The notes under the pieces were generated by a model that had not been told where the DNA came from, did not search any database, and saw nothing but the letters and a program-made list of their open reading frames with translations. A DNA stretch of 64,000 nucleotides from Candidatus Krumholzibacteriia bacterium (GTDB lineage: Bacteria; Krumholzibacteriota; Krumholzibacteriia; LZORAL124-64-63). Below, in pieces: positions 9,131 to 18,308 of the stretch; positions within the stretch are counted from its first letter, which is position 1, and each line of letters opens with the position of its first letter. The translations under genes and the position numbers were made by a program. The stretch lies in assembly GCA_035447065.1 (NCBI GenBank), contig DAOTGJ010000004.1:12231-76230 (forward strand). The letters run 5' to 3'.

Positions 9131-11386
9131 TCAGTCCAACGTGCGGAGCTTGGCCAACCGCGCCAGGAAGTGCTTGCGCTCGCCGCCGGGGAAATCCACG
9201 TCGAGCTTGAGGTTGGGGCCGCTGCCCTCCACCCGCGCCACCACGCCCTGCCCCATGGCCGGGTGCAGCACGGTCTGGCCCACGCGGTAGGCCACCTCCT
9301 CCTGGCTCACGTCGGACGCCCAGAGATCCGCCGTGGACTGCGGACGCGGACGCACGGGGGCCGACGGCCGCGGCGCCCGGCGTTCGCCGCCGCGCGACGC
9401 CCCGCCGAACCCGGTCCACGACTCCCCGCCCAGGAAGCTGCCCAGCGTGGGCGCCTGCACCGGATCGCCGCTCATCTCCATCAGCGTGTCCGGGATCTCG
9501 CCCAGGAAGCGCGACGCCAGGCAGGCCTCGCGCTGGCCGAAGCGCCGGCGCATGCGCGCGTGCAGCAGGTAGACGCGCTTCTCCGCGCGGGTGAGCGCCA
9601 CGTAGAACAGGCGGCGCTCCTCCTCCAGGGCCGAGGCGTCCTCCAGGTTGGAGACGTGGGGCATGAGCTCCTCCTCCACGCCGCAGATGGCCACCACCGG
9701 GAACTCCAGGCCCTTGGCCGCGTGCACCGTCATCATGCGCACCACGCCCTGATCGTCCGCGATGGTGTCCGCGTCGGCCACCAGGGCCACCTGCTCCAGG
9801 TACTGGGCCAGGGTGCCGCCGTCGGACTGGTCGTGGAAGGCGTGGGCGCCGTTGACGAGCTCCGCCACGTTCTCCAGGCGGGCGGCGGCGGTCTCGGCGT
9901 CGTCCTGCTCCAGCCAGGCCTCGTAGCCAACGCGGGTCAGGAGCGCCTCCAGCAGGTCCGGCACGCTCATCTCCTCCGCCATGGCGCGCAGCTGCGCCAC
10001 CAGCGCGAAGAACTCGCGGATCTTCTGCATGGCGGCGCCGCCCAGCTCCGTCTCCATCAGCCCGGGCCGGCCGGCCGCCTCGCCCAGGGTCAGCCCCTCG
10101 CGCTCGGCCAGGGCCAGCAGGCGCTGCGCCGACGTGTCGCCGATGCGTCGCTTGGGCACGTTGAGCACCCGCAGGGCCGCCACCGAGTCCGCCGGGTTGT
10201 GCAGGAGCTTGAGGTAGGCCAGCACGTCGCGGATCTCGCGCCGCTCGTAGAAGGCCGTGGAGCCCACCACCTGGTAGGGCACGGCGGCGCGGCGCAGGGC
10301 CTCCTCCAGGGCGCGGCTCTGGGCGTTGGTGCGGTAGAGGATGGTCACGTCGCCGCGCCGGAGGCCCTTGGCCGACTCCTCGCGCACGATGTCCACCACG
10401 CGCGCGGCCTCGTCCTCCTCGTCGCCCACCAGCTCCGCCTGCAGCAGGTCGCCCGCGGCGCCGGCCGTCCACAGGTTCTTGCCCTTGCGCTTGCTGTTGT
10501 GCGCGATGACGGCGTTGGCTGCGTCCAGGATGTTGCCCGTGCTGCGGTAGTTCTGCTCCAGGCGCACCAGGCCCGAGCCGGGGAAGAACTCCTCGAAGTT
10601 GAGCATGTTCTCCACCTGGGCGCCGCGCCAGCTGTAGATGGACTGGTCGTCGTCGCCCACGGCGAACACGTTGCCGTGCACGCTGCTCAGCGCCTTGATG
10701 AGGATGAGCTGCAGCTTGTTGGTGTCCTGGAACTCGTCCACCAGCACGTGGCGGAAGCGCTGGGCGTACTTGGCGCGCACCTCCTCGCTCTGCTCCAGCA
10801 GGTGCACGGTGCGCAGGATGAGGTCGTCGAAATCCAGGGCGTTGTTGGCGCGCAGGGCCTTCTCGTAGGCGGCGTAGGCCTTGGCCGGCGGCTCGTCCCA
10901 GAACTCGGCGTCGGCCAGGGCGGTCTCCGGGTCGATGTCCTCGTTCTTCCAGGCGCTGATGCGGTGGCGCAGCTTGGACGGCGGGTACTGCTTGGGGTCC
11001 GCGCCGGCGTCGGCGGCCACGCGCTTGAGCAGGCGCGTGCTGTCGTCCGTGTCGTAGATGGTGAAGTTGGGGTCGATGCCCAGGGCCGCGCCGTCGCGGC
11101 GCAGGATCTTCACGCCGGTGGCGTGGAAGGTGCCCACCCAGTGGGGCGCGCGGTTCTCCCCCACCAGCGTGTTCACGCGCTCCTTCATCTCGCGCGCGGC
11201 CTTGTTGGTGAAGGTGAAGGCCAGGATCTCCGAGGGCAGCACGCGGCGCTCGCTCAGGAGCCAGGCGATGCGGGTGGTCAGCACGCGGGTCTTGCCGCTG
11301 CCGGCGCCGGCCACCACGAGCTGGGGGCCTTCGGGAGCCTCCACGGCTTCCCGCTGGCGGTCGTTCAGGCGATGCAGTTCGAGCAC
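9131..11386 (-). CDS. pcrA: ATP-dependent DNA helicase PcrA/UvrD family
   Basis: Walker A GAGSGKTRVL, UvrD motifs (TFTNKAAREM, VDEFQDTN, TVHAAKGLEFPVV), 751 aa. Confidence 0.9.
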   Translation of the reverse strand: MLELHRLNDRQREAVEAPEGPQLVVAGAGSGKTRVLTTRIAWLLSERRVLPSEILAFTFTNKAAREMKERVNTLVGENRAPHWVGTFHATGVKILRRDGAALGIDPNFTIYDTDDSTRLLKRVAADAGADPKQYPPSKLRHRISAWKNEDIDPETALADAEFWDEPPAKAYAAYEKALRANNALDFDDLILRTVHLLEQSEEVRAKYAQRFRHVLVDEFQDTNKLQLILIKALSSVHGNVFAVGDDDQSIYSWRGAQVENMLNFEEFFPGSGLVRLEQNYRSTGNILDAANAVIAHNSKRKGKNLWTAGAAGDLLQAELVGDEEDEAARVVDIVREESAKGLRRGDVTILYRTNAQSRALEEALRRAAVPYQVVGSTAFYERREIRDVLAYLKLLHNPADSVAALRVLNVPKRRIGDTSAQRLLALAEREGLTLGEAAGRPGLMETELGGAAMQKIREFFALVAQLRAMAEEMSVPDLLEALLTRVGYEAWLEQDDAETAAARLENVAELVNGAHAFHDQSDGGTLAQYLEQVALVADADTIADDQGVVRMMTVHAAKGLEFPVVAICGVEEELMPHVSNLEDASALEEERRLFYVALTRAEKRVYLLHARMRRRFGQREACLASRFLGEIPDTLMEMSGDPVQAPTLGSFLGGESWTGFGGASRGGERRAPRPSAPVRPRPQSTADLWASDVSQEEVAYRVGQTVLHPAMGQGVVARVEGSGPNLKLDVDFPGGERKHFLARLAKLRTLD

Positions 11387-11411
11387 GGGGTCCTTCCCGG
11401 GGGGCTGGGGA

Positions 11412-14400
11412 TCAGAATTCGGGGCCGATGCTGAAGTGGAAGATGCCTTCCCCCGTGCTGCGCAGATCCGTGGGCCAGGCCCAGTCGAACTTGAGGGGGA
11501 GGAAGCCCAGGCTGGCCCTTATACCAAAGCCGTAGGAGCCCCGCAAGTCCCGCATGCCCCACTCGCCGGCGGCGTCGTGGCCCAGGAAGGCCACGGTCTC
11601 GCCGTCGGCCCAGGCGGTGCCGGCGTCGAAGAACACGGTGGCGCCGATGGGCCCCAGCCCCCAGCGCCCCGGCCAGCCGAAGATCAGCGCGTCCACCAGG
11701 GGCAGACGGTACTCCAGGTTCAGCATGACCAGGCGGCTGCCGGCCAGGTGCGGGTCCTGCTGGTAGTCGTAGAAGTCGTAGCCGCGCAGGGTGAAGGGGC
11801 CGCCCAGCACGAAGCCGCGCGGGTCGCGGCCCAGGCTCGCGGCGCCCAGCAGGCGCACGGCGAAGGTGTTCCGGCTCCAGGGCATGCCGTAGCGGCGCCA
11901 GTCCATCAGCACGGTGCGGCGGTCCAGGCTGTCGCCGCCGATGCCGATGGCCGGCGCGAAGTGCAGCTGCAGGCGGCTGCCGGTCACCGGACCGTGGTAG
12001 CCGTAGAAGGCGCTGTCGTGGCTGTACTCCAGCGTGGGCTGCAGCAGGTGGTGCTTCACGCTGCCGTCCTCCACCAGGTAGTAGCCCGACGGGTCCAGGG
12101 CGTACTGGGTGCGGATGGACGTGAGCGCCTGCAGGCCGATGCTCACGCGGCGGAAGGTGCTGAACGGGTAGGAGGCGTCGCAGACCAGACCGTAGTTGCG
12201 CTCGCTGAAGAAGGTGTCGTCGGGCAGCACCTCGCCCACGGTGGTGAACGCGGAGTTGTAGTAGTTCTTGAAGTGGAAGAGCCCCACGCCCAGGTCCCAG
12301 CGGTGCTTGAGGTAGGCGTAGCTGGCGGCCAGGTCGCTGTTCTCCAGCGACCCGTACACGTTGACCAGGAAGGACAGGCGCCGGTCGCCGAGCTGATCGC
12401 TGAAGTTGAGCACGTTGGCCATGCCCAGGCCGGCCTGCGGGCTGAAGAACACGGCGCCGCCGTCCAGGGCGCCGCTGGTGTCCAGGTGGAAGCGCGGGCT
12501 GTAGGGTTCCACATCGCCCACGGCGTCGGCGTCGCGCAGCGGAGGAGGGCCCTGCTCCGCCGTGACCAGCTCAGGCGGGTCGAAGGCCACGTCGCCGAGG
12601 GGCGCGCCGGCCGGCGTGCGGCGGGACCAGGCGCGGTAGCCGTCCACGGCGTGCAGGTCGTAGCCGCCGGCGAGGAAGGCCGTGAAGACCAGGCGGTCCG
12701 CGGCGCGGCTGTAGCTGGGCTGGGTGGCGGCGCCGGCCACGTTGGTGATCAGGCGCATGCGCGGCACGTCCGGGTCCGACACGTCCAGGGCCGCCAGGTT
12801 GGGCGTGCCGCCGCCCGCGTGGACCACGCAGAGCTCGGCGGCGTCGATCCACACCGGGTCGCGCCACTCCCCCTGCTCCGGGCGCAGGGCGCGGCGCGCG
12901 CCCGTGTCCGGGTCCAGCAGCACCAGGTCGCGGTCCTGGGCGTGGCCCACGCGCAGGGCCTCGTCGCCGTCCGCGAAACGGGCCCAGGCCAGGCGGCGCC
13001 CGCCGTCCGGCGTCTCCTCGAACTCGTACTCCACCGCGGCGCGGGGGTTGTGCACGAAGGCCAGGGTGCGGCCGTCGGGGCTCCAGGCGGGGGTCTCCTC
13101 GTCGCCGGCGTCGTCGGTGAGGCGGCGGCGGGCGGCGCCGTCGGCCAGGGGCGTCCAGCCGGGCGGGGGCGCGTCGCCGGCCTCCAGGTCCACCAGATGG
13201 AGGTCCGTGCGGCCCAGGGTCACGCCCACCAGGGCGATGGTGCGGCCGTCGGGGCTCCAGGCCGGCGCGCGGGCGCTGTCCAGGCCCAGGGGGATGGAGC
13301 GTGTCACGGCGCCGTCGTCCACGCGGATCGTGTGCAGGGTCTCGCGGGAGCCGCTGAGGGCCACGAAGGCGATCTCCGCGCCGTCGGGCGACCAGCTGAT
13401 GCCGCTGCGGAAGGAGTGGAAGCTCTCGAAGCGGTCCGCCCGGTGGCCGCGCGCCAGCCGGCGCACGCGCGCGGGGTCCAGCACGTCCAGCACGTAGAGC
13501 GACACCAGCCCGTCGCGGTCCGAGTAGAAGGCCGCGCGCAGACCGTCGGGCGAGAGGGCGGCGCGCTGGTTGAAGCCGTTGCCCTCCTCCTGATGGTCGG
13601 TCAGGCGGCGGGCGATGGCCTCCGGCTCCTCCAGGGTGCCGAAGGTGGGCCAGAACCAGCGCCGCGCCTCCAGCTGGAACTCGTCGTCCAGGTCCTCCAT
13701 GCGCAGGCCCAGCGTGCCCTCCAGGGTGCGATCCATGTTGCGGGTGCGCGCCAGCAGGCGCCACATCTCCACCAGCGTCTCCTCGCCGTAGCGCTCGGAG
13801 ATCATGCGCATGGCGGCCTGGCCCTCCTTGTAGACCAGGTAGCCGCCCACACGCGAGAGGGGCCAGAGGTAGTCGCGGGTGGCGGCGTCGCGCAGGACCA
13901 TCTCGGCGTTCTCGTCCCAGCCCGACGCGTACCACTCCGCCACGCCCTCGGCGAACCACAGCGGGATGCGGAAGAAAGGCGAGCGTGAGGCGCCGGCGCG
14001 GGAGCTGCCGAAGGCCATGTCGAACATGAAGACGTGCACCAGCTCGTGGCGCACCACGTGCACGAAGTCCGCGTGGTTGCCCTCGTAGGGCAGCACCATG
14101 CGGTTGCGCGAGGGCTCGGTGAAGCCGCCGGTGCCCTCGCCGAAGAGCTCGTCGGCGATGTTGGTCTGGGCGAACTCGCCGTGGCTGGCGTAGAGGATGA
14201 ACGGCACGCGCTTCTCGAGGTCGTGCCCCAGGCGCAGGGCGTACTCGCGGTAGGTGCGCTCGGCGATGATGGCCGCGCGCGCGGCCAGCTCGTCCGCGCC
14301 GTCGGCGTAGGTGATCTCGAAGTGGGGCGTGGTCAGGGTGCGCCAGTCGCGGTCGAAGGTCTGCACCTTGTTGCGGCCGAAGGCCTGGGCCCCGCCCGCG

Positions 14401-14450
14401 GTGCACAGCAGGACGAGCAGCAGCAGCGCGGCGCGGCGCGGAATGGTCAT
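11412..14450 (-). CDS. Omp85-family outer membrane beta-barrel protein with an N-terminal HExxH metallopeptidase-like domain and a TolB-like PD40 beta-propeller (unusual fusion)
   Basis: Signal peptide, then VRHELVHVF...WFAEGVAEWYA (HExxH plus downstream E, gluzincin-like). Multiple WSPDG PD40 repeats follow. The C-terminal barrel has the Omp85 L6 motif LRGY and ends ...GIFHFSIGPEF (aromatic terminus), paralogous to the adjacent Omp85 C-terminus. Confidence 0.7.
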   Translation of the reverse strand: MTIPRRAALLLLVLLCTAGGAQAFGRNKVQTFDRDWRTLTTPHFEITYADGADELAARAAIIAERTYREYALRLGHDLEKRVPFILYASHGEFAQTNIADELFGEGTGGFTEPSRNRMVLPYEGNHADFVHVVRHELVHVFMFDMAFGSSRAGASRSPFFRIPLWFAEGVAEWYASGWDENAEMVLRDAATRDYLWPLSRVGGYLVYKEGQAAMRMISERYGEETLVEMWRLLARTRNMDRTLEGTLGLRMEDLDDEFQLEARRWFWPTFGTLEEPEAIARRLTDHQEEGNGFNQRAALSPDGLRAAFYSDRDGLVSLYVLDVLDPARVRRLARGHRADRFESFHSFRSGISWSPDGAEIAFVALSGSRETLHTIRVDDGAVTRSIPLGLDSARAPAWSPDGRTIALVGVTLGRTDLHLVDLEAGDAPPPGWTPLADGAARRRLTDDAGDEETPAWSPDGRTLAFVHNPRAAVEYEFEETPDGGRRLAWARFADGDEALRVGHAQDRDLVLLDPDTGARRALRPEQGEWRDPVWIDAAELCVVHAGGGTPNLAALDVSDPDVPRMRLITNVAGAATQPSYSRAADRLVFTAFLAGGYDLHAVDGYRAWSRRTPAGAPLGDVAFDPPELVTAEQGPPPLRDADAVGDVEPYSPRFHLDTSGALDGGAVFFSPQAGLGMANVLNFSDQLGDRRLSFLVNVYGSLENSDLAASYAYLKHRWDLGVGLFHFKNYYNSAFTTVGEVLPDDTFFSERNYGLVCDASYPFSTFRRVSIGLQALTSIRTQYALDPSGYYLVEDGSVKHHLLQPTLEYSHDSAFYGYHGPVTGSRLQLHFAPAIGIGGDSLDRRTVLMDWRRYGMPWSRNTFAVRLLGAASLGRDPRGFVLGGPFTLRGYDFYDYQQDPHLAGSRLVMLNLEYRLPLVDALIFGWPGRWGLGPIGATVFFDAGTAWADGETVAFLGHDAAGEWGMRDLRGSYGFGIRASLGFLPLKFDWAWPTDLRSTGEGIFHFSIGPEF

Positions 14451-14465
14451 GCCCGTCCTCCCTTC

Positions 14466-17400
14466 CTAGTACTCGAAGCGGTACTTCAGGTCCACGCTGT
14501 ACGTGGTGTTGCCCAGGGCCTCGTCCAGGCGCCGGTTGATCTCGGACTGCAGCACCAGGTGGTCCGAGATCTGGTACTCCACCAGCACCTCGCGGTCCTG
14601 GTCCGTCACGGCCTGGGCGAAGCGCACGTAGAGGTCCCGCCCGATGTACTTGCCCACCCCCACCAGGGTCTGCATGGTGCCGTCGGCGCGCTCGCGCCCG
14701 CCGATGATGTCGAAGGTGTCCACCACGTCGAGCTGCTGCGCCACCTCGCGCTCCAGAAGGTTGAAGCCGGCGGCCACGGTGCCGCGCCGGATCTCGCCCA
14801 CGGTGGGCGAGTCGGCCGCGTGGGGCGACAGCCCCAGCAGCATGCGCTCGATGCTCTGGCGCGGATAGCCGCTCTCGCTCAGGAACGTCACCGTGGGCCC
14901 CGTGGCCGGTCCGGTCAAGGTGATCCAGATGCGCTCCAGGCGCCGGTTCACGTTCTCCGCGCCCTGGGGCGCCGGCAGCCGCACCTGCGTCTCCGCGGAG
15001 ATGTCCAGCTCCGGCACCGGACCGCGTCCGCTCAGGAACGTGGCCGTGCCCGCCGTCACGCGGAAGTCGTTGTTGAACACCGGCAGATGGCCCTGGTCGA
15101 TGGCCAGCTCGCCGCGCACGTCCATGCCGCCCTCGTCGCGGGTCAGGCGCACGTCGCCGCCCAGGTCCAGCTCCATCTGGTTGTTCTGCACGCTCACCGT
15201 GCGCGGCGGGGCGTGGATGGCCAGGTCCGCCAGCCAGTCCGGCGCCACCGTGCCGATGCGCGGGTCCACCACGCCGGCCTGCTCCGAGAAGTCGCCCGTG
15301 TAGCGGGCCTGGATCACCTCCAGGTCGCCGGTGAACATGGGCACGATGAGGCTGTCCGGCCCCACCTTCACCCCGGTGAGCTTCAGGGCGTCGCTGCGCA
15401 CCAGGGCGCGCACGTCCGGGATGGACGACACCAGGAAGCGGTCCGCCTCCAGGTCCACCTCGAAGGTCTCCAGCACCAGGCCGCGGAAGGTCAGCGTGCC
15501 GTCGCCTCGGACCGTGCCGCGCATGCCCTCGCGCCCGCGGATGTCGCGCAGGGTCAGCACGTCGCCCTGCCACACGCCGTCGGCGTTGATGTCCGCGTAC
15601 ACCTCGTTGAGGCGGCGGATCACCATGGAGCCGTCGCGCACGCGCAGGCTGCCGGAATAGTACGGATGATCGGCGCGTCCGGAAACCACCAGGTCCAGGC
15701 CGCCGGAGCCGCCCGCGGAGACGAAGGCGTTGGTGGCCTCGGCCAGGGGCGCCAGGTCCGAACCCTCCGGAATGGTCAGGCTCATGTAGAGCGGGCCGTC
15801 CAGGGGCGAGACCGGCTCCGAGTGGAAGTCCATCTCCAGGGGGATCTCGATGCGGCCGCTCAGATCCAGCGTCCCCTTGCGTCCCTGCAGGTCCGACAGG
15901 GTGAGCTGGCCGGGCTCGTAGGCCACGCCGCCCTGCAGGCGGTCCAGGTGCAGCCAGTGCACGTGGAAGGGTTCGCTGGTCAGCCCGCCCTCGATGCGCG
16001 GCGCCAGGGTGGTGCCGCCGATCTCCACGCTGCCCCGGAAGCGGCCGGCGATGCGGTCCAGCGCGGGGATCTCGAACTGGTCGATGAAGGCCCAGTCGCC
16101 GTCCAGCACGTCCAGGTGCAGGTCCAGGGCGGCGCCGCGCCACCACTCCTCCACCAGGTCCGTGCCCGGGTGCGACACGGCGCCCGACGCTCGCAGGCGG
16201 CCGTGGTCGCTGGCCAGTTCCACCTGGTGCAGGTCCAGCACGCCGTGGCTGAAGTCCAGGTCCACGGTCACCGTGTCCAGACGCGCCAGGGGGAAGTCGG
16301 CGTCGGTCAGGCGCGCGGTGAGCGCGGCCAGGGGCGCGTCGGGGCTGCCGCCCAGGCCGCAGCGGGCGGAGACGCGGCCGTTGAGCACGGGCTCGGCCAG
16401 GAACGGGTTGATGAGCTCCAGGTCCAGGGTGGCCAGGTCCACCTCGCCGCTCAGGGTGCCGGCGGGCTCGTCCCAGTCGATGGCCGCCGCCAGACGGCCC
16501 TGGGCGCTGCTCAGCTCCGCGGGCCGCAGGCGGAACACGCCGGGGCCGGCCTCCAGGCGCACCGTGTCCCCCACCGCCCACGTGGCGCCCTCCAGGTCCA
16601 GCGCCAGGTCCGCCACGCGCATGGCGGCCAGGCCGTCGCGGAAGGCGGCGTCGCCGTGGAAGGCCAGCACCGTGTCGCCGCGCTCGGTGCGGAAGCGCGA
16701 GAGCTCGGCGCGGCGGGCGTCCACCATGCCGGCCAGGCCGAAACGCCCGAAGGGCACGCCGCCGGCCCGCAGGCCGTCGCCCTCCGCCTCCAGCCACACG
16801 CCGGGGTCGCGCAGGGCGTCGGTCACGGTGATCTCCACGCGGGTCTCGGCGGCCTCCAGGCGCTCCAAGCCGGCGTCGTGGAGCAGCACGTTGCCGGCGA
16901 AGTCGAAGACCGGGTCCACGCCGCGCACCTCCCCCGACGCCCGCAGGCGCCCGTGCAGCGGCGGGGCGGGCCACTCCTCGGGCAGCCGCGAGAGATCCGA
17001 CGAGAGCACGTCCAGCCGGCCGCGGAAGTTGCCGTCCAGATCCGCGCGACCGTCCAGGCGGGCCTTGGCCGCGCCGTAGATCAGGTCCAGGCTGTGGAAG
17101 GTCACGCCGGCGGCGTCGCCGGCCACCAGCACGTGCAGGGAGTCGAAGGGCACGTCGGCCACGTGGCCGTCGCGCAGCCAGCCGCGCACCAGGGTGGACT
17201 CCTGGGCCTCGCGGCGCCAGATCTCCACCTCGCCCCAGCCGTCGGTGGGCGGCAGCTCCACGTCCGGCACCAGGCCGCGGGACAGGTCCACGTCGGCCAC
17301 GCTGCCGGTGACACGGAAGATCACGTCCTCGGTGTCGGTCACGTCGAAGCGGCCGCGGCCGCTGACCAGGGCGCCGTTGAGGCGGCCGGCCAGGGAGTGG

Positions 17401-18308
17401 AAGTCCAGGAAGCGGGGCGACAGGGTGGCGCGGCCGGTGAAGTCCCGGAACTCGTAGCCCTCCAGCTCGCCGGTGAAGTCCACGTCGAAGTCCAGGGTGT
17501 CGCCGTGGGCGTGCAGGTCCATGCGCACGTCGCCCCGGGCCTGGAAGCCCAGGGTCATGTCGATGAGCTCCTCCACCTCCACCGCGTCCACGCGCTGGGC
17601 CTCCACGCGCAGGTCCAGCGAGGCGTCGGCGCGGCGCACGCCGGAGACCAGGACGGTGCTGTCGTTGAGGCGGCCGCTCAGCTGATCCACGTGCAGGTCG
17701 CCGTCGCGCAGGGCCACGGCGCCGCGCAGGTCGGAGAGCCGGGCGTCGCGGGTGGTCCAGTCCAGGGCGGCGTCCACGGCGGAGATGCGGATCTCGTCGC
17801 CCAGGCGCAGGGAGCCCCGCCAGTCCAGGCCGGTGACCTCCTGCTCCAGGCGGCCGTCGGCGTCGGCCAGGGACAGGGCGCCGTGCAGCACCTCCAGGTC
17901 GTGGATCACCAGGCCGGGCAGGCCGCCGCCGCGGGCCTCGCCGTCGCCCGGCTCGCCGCGCACGCCGCGCACCTCCGGCCCCACCATCAGCACGCGCTTC
18001 AGCTCGTAGGGCTGGCGCAGCAGGGCGTGCAGGTCGTAGGCCAGCGACAGGGTGTCCACCCCCACCACGGTGGTGCCGCCGCCGGCGCCGGGCAGGGTGA
18101 GGGTCACGTCGTAGAGGGTCACGCCGCGCAGCGGGTTGCCGGCGTAGTCGGCGAAGCGCACGCTGCCGTGGGCGCCCAGCAGGTGGCGCGTGGCCAGGCG
18201 CGAGAGCCACGGCGCGGTGCTGGCGGGGTGCGTGGCCAGCCAGGCCACCACGCCCGTGAAGAGCACGACCGCCACCAGCAGCGTCCAGCGTGTCGCCCGC
18301 ACCAGCAT
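14466..18308 (-). CDS. tamB: TamB-like translocation and assembly module protein (AsmA-like/DUF490)
   Basis: 1280 aa with an N-terminal TM anchor and long repetitive beta-rich periplasmic region. The C-terminal DUF490-like end ...LVLQSEINRRLDEALGNTTYSVDLKYRFEY. It lies immediately downstream of the Omp85 gene with a 1-nt overlap. Confidence 0.75.
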   Translation of the reverse strand: MLVRATRWTLLVAVVLFTGVVAWLATHPASTAPWLSRLATRHLLGAHGSVRFADYAGNPLRGVTLYDVTLTLPGAGGGTTVVGVDTLSLAYDLHALLRQPYELKRVLMVGPEVRGVRGEPGDGEARGGGLPGLVIHDLEVLHGALSLADADGRLEQEVTGLDWRGSLRLGDEIRISAVDAALDWTTRDARLSDLRGAVALRDGDLHVDQLSGRLNDSTVLVSGVRRADASLDLRVEAQRVDAVEVEELIDMTLGFQARGDVRMDLHAHGDTLDFDVDFTGELEGYEFRDFTGRATLSPRFLDFHSLAGRLNGALVSGRGRFDVTDTEDVIFRVTGSVADVDLSRGLVPDVELPPTDGWGEVEIWRREAQESTLVRGWLRDGHVADVPFDSLHVLVAGDAAGVTFHSLDLIYGAAKARLDGRADLDGNFRGRLDVLSSDLSRLPEEWPAPPLHGRLRASGEVRGVDPVFDFAGNVLLHDAGLERLEAAETRVEITVTDALRDPGVWLEAEGDGLRAGGVPFGRFGLAGMVDARRAELSRFRTERGDTVLAFHGDAAFRDGLAAMRVADLALDLEGATWAVGDTVRLEAGPGVFRLRPAELSSAQGRLAAAIDWDEPAGTLSGEVDLATLDLELINPFLAEPVLNGRVSARCGLGGSPDAPLAALTARLTDADFPLARLDTVTVDLDFSHGVLDLHQVELASDHGRLRASGAVSHPGTDLVEEWWRGAALDLHLDVLDGDWAFIDQFEIPALDRIAGRFRGSVEIGGTTLAPRIEGGLTSEPFHVHWLHLDRLQGGVAYEPGQLTLSDLQGRKGTLDLSGRIEIPLEMDFHSEPVSPLDGPLYMSLTIPEGSDLAPLAEATNAFVSAGGSGGLDLVVSGRADHPYYSGSLRVRDGSMVIRRLNEVYADINADGVWQGDVLTLRDIRGREGMRGTVRGDGTLTFRGLVLETFEVDLEADRFLVSSIPDVRALVRSDALKLTGVKVGPDSLIVPMFTGDLEVIQARYTGDFSEQAGVVDPRIGTVAPDWLADLAIHAPPRTVSVQNNQMELDLGGDVRLTRDEGGMDVRGELAIDQGHLPVFNNDFRVTAGTATFLSGRGPVPELDISAETQVRLPAPQGAENVNRRLERIWITLTGPATGPTVTFLSESGYPRQSIERMLLGLSPHAADSPTVGEIRRGTVAAGFNLLEREVAQQLDVVDTFDIIGGRERADGTMQTLVGVGKYIGRDLYVRFAQAVTDQDREVLVEYQISDHLVLQSEINRRLDEALGNTTYSVDLKYRFEY

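Noticed and set aside
11058-13988. 976-aa plus-strand ORF
   Set aside because: Antisense to pcrA and the Omp85-fusion gene. No recognisable domain.
12571-18210. 1879-aa minus-strand ORF spanning the Omp85-fusion and tamB genes
   Set aside because: Out-of-frame relative to the recognisable TamB and Omp85 proteins. The translation is Arg/Pro/Gly/Ala low-complexity, typical of an alternative frame in ~72% GC DNA.
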